Assembly (NCBI GenBank): GCA_965243135.1
Contig: OZ251539.1
Coordinates: forward strand, 992,001-1,056,000
DNA from: Alphaproteobacteria bacterium
GTDB lineage: Bacteria > Pseudomonadota > Alphaproteobacteria > MPNO01 > UBA830
Direction: 5' to 3'
Length of the DNA: 64,000 nt
In this document: one piece after another, positions 60,655-64,000 of the stretch
Layout of the letters: every line of letters begins with the position of its first letter
How positions within the stretch are numbered: position 1 is the first letter of the stretch
The notes under the pieces: model-generated
Told to the model about the DNA's origin: nothing
The model's input: only the letters and a program-made list of their open reading frames with translations
Databases searched by the model: none
Program-made: the position numbers and the translations under genes

Positions 60655-63024
60655 TTAGCCGTTCGAGCGTTGCAGCGCCTGCCATATCCGGTGCGGAGAG
60701 GCAGGCATGTCTATGTCGTGCACGCCGACCGAGCCCAGGGCGTCGACCACGGCGTTGATGACCGCGGCGCCGGCGCCGATGGTGCCCGCTTCGCCGCAGC
60801 CCTTCACCCCCAGCGGGTTGTGCGTGCACGGCGCGCCTTCGTTGGTGTCGACCTCGAAGGACGGCACGTCGTCGGCCCGCGGCAGGCAGTAATCGTTGAA
60901 GGAGCCGGTGAGGAGCTGTCCCTGGTCGTCGTAGACGCAATTTTCCATCAGCGCCTGGCCGATGCCTTGAACGAGGCCGCCGTGCACCTGGCCCGCCACG
61001 ATCATCGGATTGACGATCTTGCCGAAATCGTCGACCGCGCCGAGGGCGCAAAGCTCGATCTCGCCGGTCTCCCGGTCGATTTCGACTTCGGCGACGTGGC
61101 AGCCGTTCGGGAACGTGAAGTTCTTGGGATCGTAGAAGGCGCTTTCGTCCAGTCCCGGTTCGAGCTCTTCGATGGGGTAGTTGTGCGGCACGTAAGCGGC
61201 GAGAGCCACCTCGCCCACGCTCATTTCCTTGTCGGTTCCGGCGACCTTGAACGTCCCGTCGGCGAATTCGATGTCGTCGACCGCGGCCTCGAGCGCGTGC
61301 GCAGCGATCTTCTTCCCCTTGTCCACCACTTTTTCGATGGCCTTGACGATCGCCGTTCCGCCGACCGCAAGCGACCGCGAGCCGTAGGTCCCCATCCCGA
61401 ACGGTATGCGGTCGGTGTCTCCGTGCACGACTTCGACGTTCTCCATCGGGACGCCGAGATGGTCGGCGACGAGTTGCGCGAAGGTCGTTTCGTGTCCCTG
61501 GCCATGCTGGTGCGAGCCCGTGAACACCGAGACGGAACCCGTCGGGTGAACTCGAACCTCGGCGGCTTCGTAGAGGCCGGCGCGGGCGCCGAGCGCGCCG
61601 GCGACGGCGGAAGGAGCTATTCCGCAAGCTTCGATGTAGGTGGCGAGGCCGATGCCGCGCAGCTTGCCGGACGCTTGCGAAGCGGCCTTGCGGGCGGCGA
61701 ACCCGCCGTAATCCGTCGCTTTCAGCGCGTCTTCCATGTTCCGCACGAAATCTCCGGAATCGTACTGCAGCGCCACCGGCGTCTGATACGGCATTTCCGA
61801 CGCAGCGATGAAATTCCGCCGCCTGATTTCCGCCTTGTCGATTCCGGTTTCCCGCGCCGCCCGTTCGACCAGGCGCTCGAGCAGATAGCAGGCTTCCGGC
61901 CGCCCGGCTCCGCGGTAAGCGTCGACAGGCACGGTGTTCGTAAAGATCGCCCGCACTTCGCAATGGATCAGCGGCGTCTTGTAAAGTCCGGCCAGCAGCG
62001 TCGCGTAGAGATAGGTCGGGATCGCCGGCGCGAAGGTCGAGAGGTAGGCGCCCATGTTGGCGTCCGTGCGGACGCGCAGCGCGAGGAACTTGCCGGAGCC
62101 GTCGAGCGCGAGCTCGCCGGTGGTGGCGTGGTCGCGGCCCTGCGCGTCGGTCATGAAGCTGTCGGATCGTTCCGCCGTCCACTTGATCGGACGGCCGACC
62201 TTCTTCGACGCCCACGTCAGCACGGCTTCTTCGGCGTAATGGTAAATCTTCGAGCCGAAGCCGCCGCCCACGTCGGGCGCCACGACGCGCAGCTTGTGTT
62301 CGGGAATGGAAAGGACGAACGCGCCCATCAACAGCCTTATGACGTGCGGGTTCTGACTGGTCGTGTAGAGCGCGTACGAATCGGCCGCGGCGTCGTACTC
62401 GGCTATGGCGGCCCGCGGTTCGAGCGGGTTCGCGACCAGCCGGTTGTTGACCAGTTCGAGCCTGGCGACGTGAGCCGCCGAAGCGAACGCTTCGTCGACC
62501 GCTTGCTTGTCGCCCAGTTCCCAGTCGTAGCAAACGTTGTCGGCGACGCCGTCATGCAACAGCGGCGCGCCGTCCGCGACCGCATCGGCCATGTCGACCA
62601 CCGCCGGCAGCTCCTCCAGCCGAACGTCGACAAGTTCCGCCGCGCTCCGCGCCTGTTCGCGGGTTTCGGCGACGACGACGGCGATGTTGTCGCCGACGTG
62701 CCGCACCTTGTCCGCAACCAGCGGCGGGTGGGGCGGTTCGTGCATCGGGGTTTCGTTCTTTCCGATCACCTGCCACCCGCAGGGGAGTCCGCCGACGCCG
62801 TCCGCGGCCCAATCGGCGCCGGTGAGAATCTTCACGACGCCGGGCGCGTTTTCCGCCTTCGACGCGTCGACGCCCGCAATCCTGGCGTGCGCGACCGAGG
62901 AACGCAGGAAACAGGCGTAGGTCTGGCCGGGCCGGCTCATGTCGTCGACGTATTTGCCGGCGCCTCTCAGGAAACGTTGGTCTTCGCGCCGTTCGACGGC
63001 GGCGCCGATAGCTCCGTCTGGCAT
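60655..63024 (-). CDS. coxL: xanthine dehydrogenase family molybdopterin subunit (form II CoxL-like)
   Basis: [15 protein letters not shown] active-site loop, [21 protein letters not shown]. Confidence 0.92.
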   Translation of the reverse strand: MPDGAIGAAVERREDQRFLRGAGKYVDDMSRPGQTYACFLRSSVAHARIAGVDASKAENAPGVVKILTGADWAADGVGGLPCGWQVIGKNETPMHEPPHPPLVADKVRHVGDNIAVVVAETREQARSAAELVDVRLEELPAVVDMADAVADGAPLLHDGVADNVCYDWELGDKQAVDEAFASAAHVARLELVNNRLVANPLEPRAAIAEYDAAADSYALYTTSQNPHVIRLLMGAFVLSIPEHKLRVVAPDVGGGFGSKIYHYAEEAVLTWASKKVGRPIKWTAERSDSFMTDAQGRDHATTGELALDGSGKFLALRVRTDANMGAYLSTFAPAIPTYLYATLLAGLYKTPLIHCEVRAIFTNTVPVDAYRGAGRPEACYLLERLVERAARETGIDKAEIRRRNFIAASEMPYQTPVALQYDSGDFVRNMEDALKATDYGGFAARKAASQASGKLRGIGLATYIEACGIAPSAVAGALGARAGLYEAAEVRVHPTGSVSVFTGSHQHGQGHETTFAQLVADHLGVPMENVEVVHGDTDRIPFGMGTYGSRSLAVGGTAIVKAIEKVVDKGKKIAAHALEAAVDDIEFADGTFKVAGTDKEMSVGEVALAAYVPHNYPIEELEPGLDESAFYDPKNFTFPNGCHVAEVEIDRETGEIELCALGAVDDFGKIVNPMIVAGQVHGGLVQGIGQALMENCVYDDQGQLLTGSFNDYCLPRADDVPSFEVDTNEGAPCTHNPLGVKGCGEAGTIGAGAAVINAVVDALGSVGVHDIDMPASPHRIWQALQRSNG

Positions 63025-63081
63025 CGCATGTGCCTCCTTGAACGCCGGCCCGACGGCCGGGAACTCAGGGTCTCTTCCGCC

Positions 63082-63558
<477 letters not shown>

Positions 63559-63709
63559 TGGCACCTCCAAATTCGCCGGCGCGCGCCGCGCGGCCGGCAG
63601 TTCTTGCCGTCATCGTCCGAAACGCGGGTCTCGAAAAACGGCGGCGGAAAGTCTTCGCATTCTTCAGTAGACAGCCAATCCGCGAAGAGGTCAAGCATCG
63701 GGCGCGGCG

Positions 63710-64000
63710 TCACAGCTGCAGGATAGCGAGCACGAGCACGACGGCCGCGATCAGTCCCACGACCCACACCTTCGCGTTCAGTCCGGGCGGCCGTTTCGGG
63801 GAATCGGCCGCCGCCGGTTCCGGCGCTGGCGCCGGTTGCGGGGCGTCTTCCGCCCCGGTCTCCCCGCCGACCTCCTCGGCGAATTTTCCGAAGAAGTCGT
63901 TGGCCATCTTCTTCGCGGTGGAATCGATCAGGCGAGAGCCGATCTGGGCCAGCTTGCCGCCGACCTGGGCGGTCGCCACGTAGGTCAACACGGTTTCGGA
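63710..64000 (-). CDS. coxG: CoxG-like SRPBCC protein (C-terminal part; 5' end beyond the window)
   Basis: QVGGKLAQIGSRLID motif, Pro/Ala linker, C-terminal TM helix. Confidence 0.85.
   Translation of the reverse strand, partial: SETVLTYVATAQVGGKLAQIGSRLIDSTAKKMANDFFGKFAEEVGGETGAEDAPQPAPAPEPAAADSPKRPPGLNAKVWVVGLIAAVVLVLAILQL

Overview
GC-rich bacterial DNA, most likely from a Rhodospirillales-type alphaproteobacterium (inferred from gene content; AAA/DUF4143 and PD-(D/E)XK genes, a short coiled-coil repeat protein and a repetitive autotransporter suggest a host-associated lifestyle). Most of the window is catabolic: an amidase/cupin/DUF2848 cluster, two MFS paralogues, an Ntn acylase, a sulfatase with TctC, a LysR-linked GcvT-family and dimethylglycine-dehydrogenase-like pair, orn and soxBDAG. 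It also holds an uncharacterised six-gene operon led by a QueG/RdhA-like Fe-S protein and an HTH-fused CoA ligase, an isochorismatase/maleate-isomerase-like pair, a CoA transferase and a form II cox cluster (coxG-S-L-M-D-E-xdhC-mocA-like). The accessory stretch at about 34-54 kb holds the most interesting items. (1) An AT-rich two-gene island encodes a protein with a GrpE-like tail and a stand-alone Hsp70-type ATPase domain, a candidate undescribed defence or stress module. (2) An autotransporter has its signal peptide put out of frame by a C15 tract, a candidate phase-variation switch. (3) tag is tandemly duplicated, with active-site changes in one copy. (4) There is a MazEF-type TA pair and a chimeric nuclease/TctA remnant. 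No rRNA, tRNA, CRISPR array or intact transposase was recognised. All calls come from motif recognition by eye; no searches were run.
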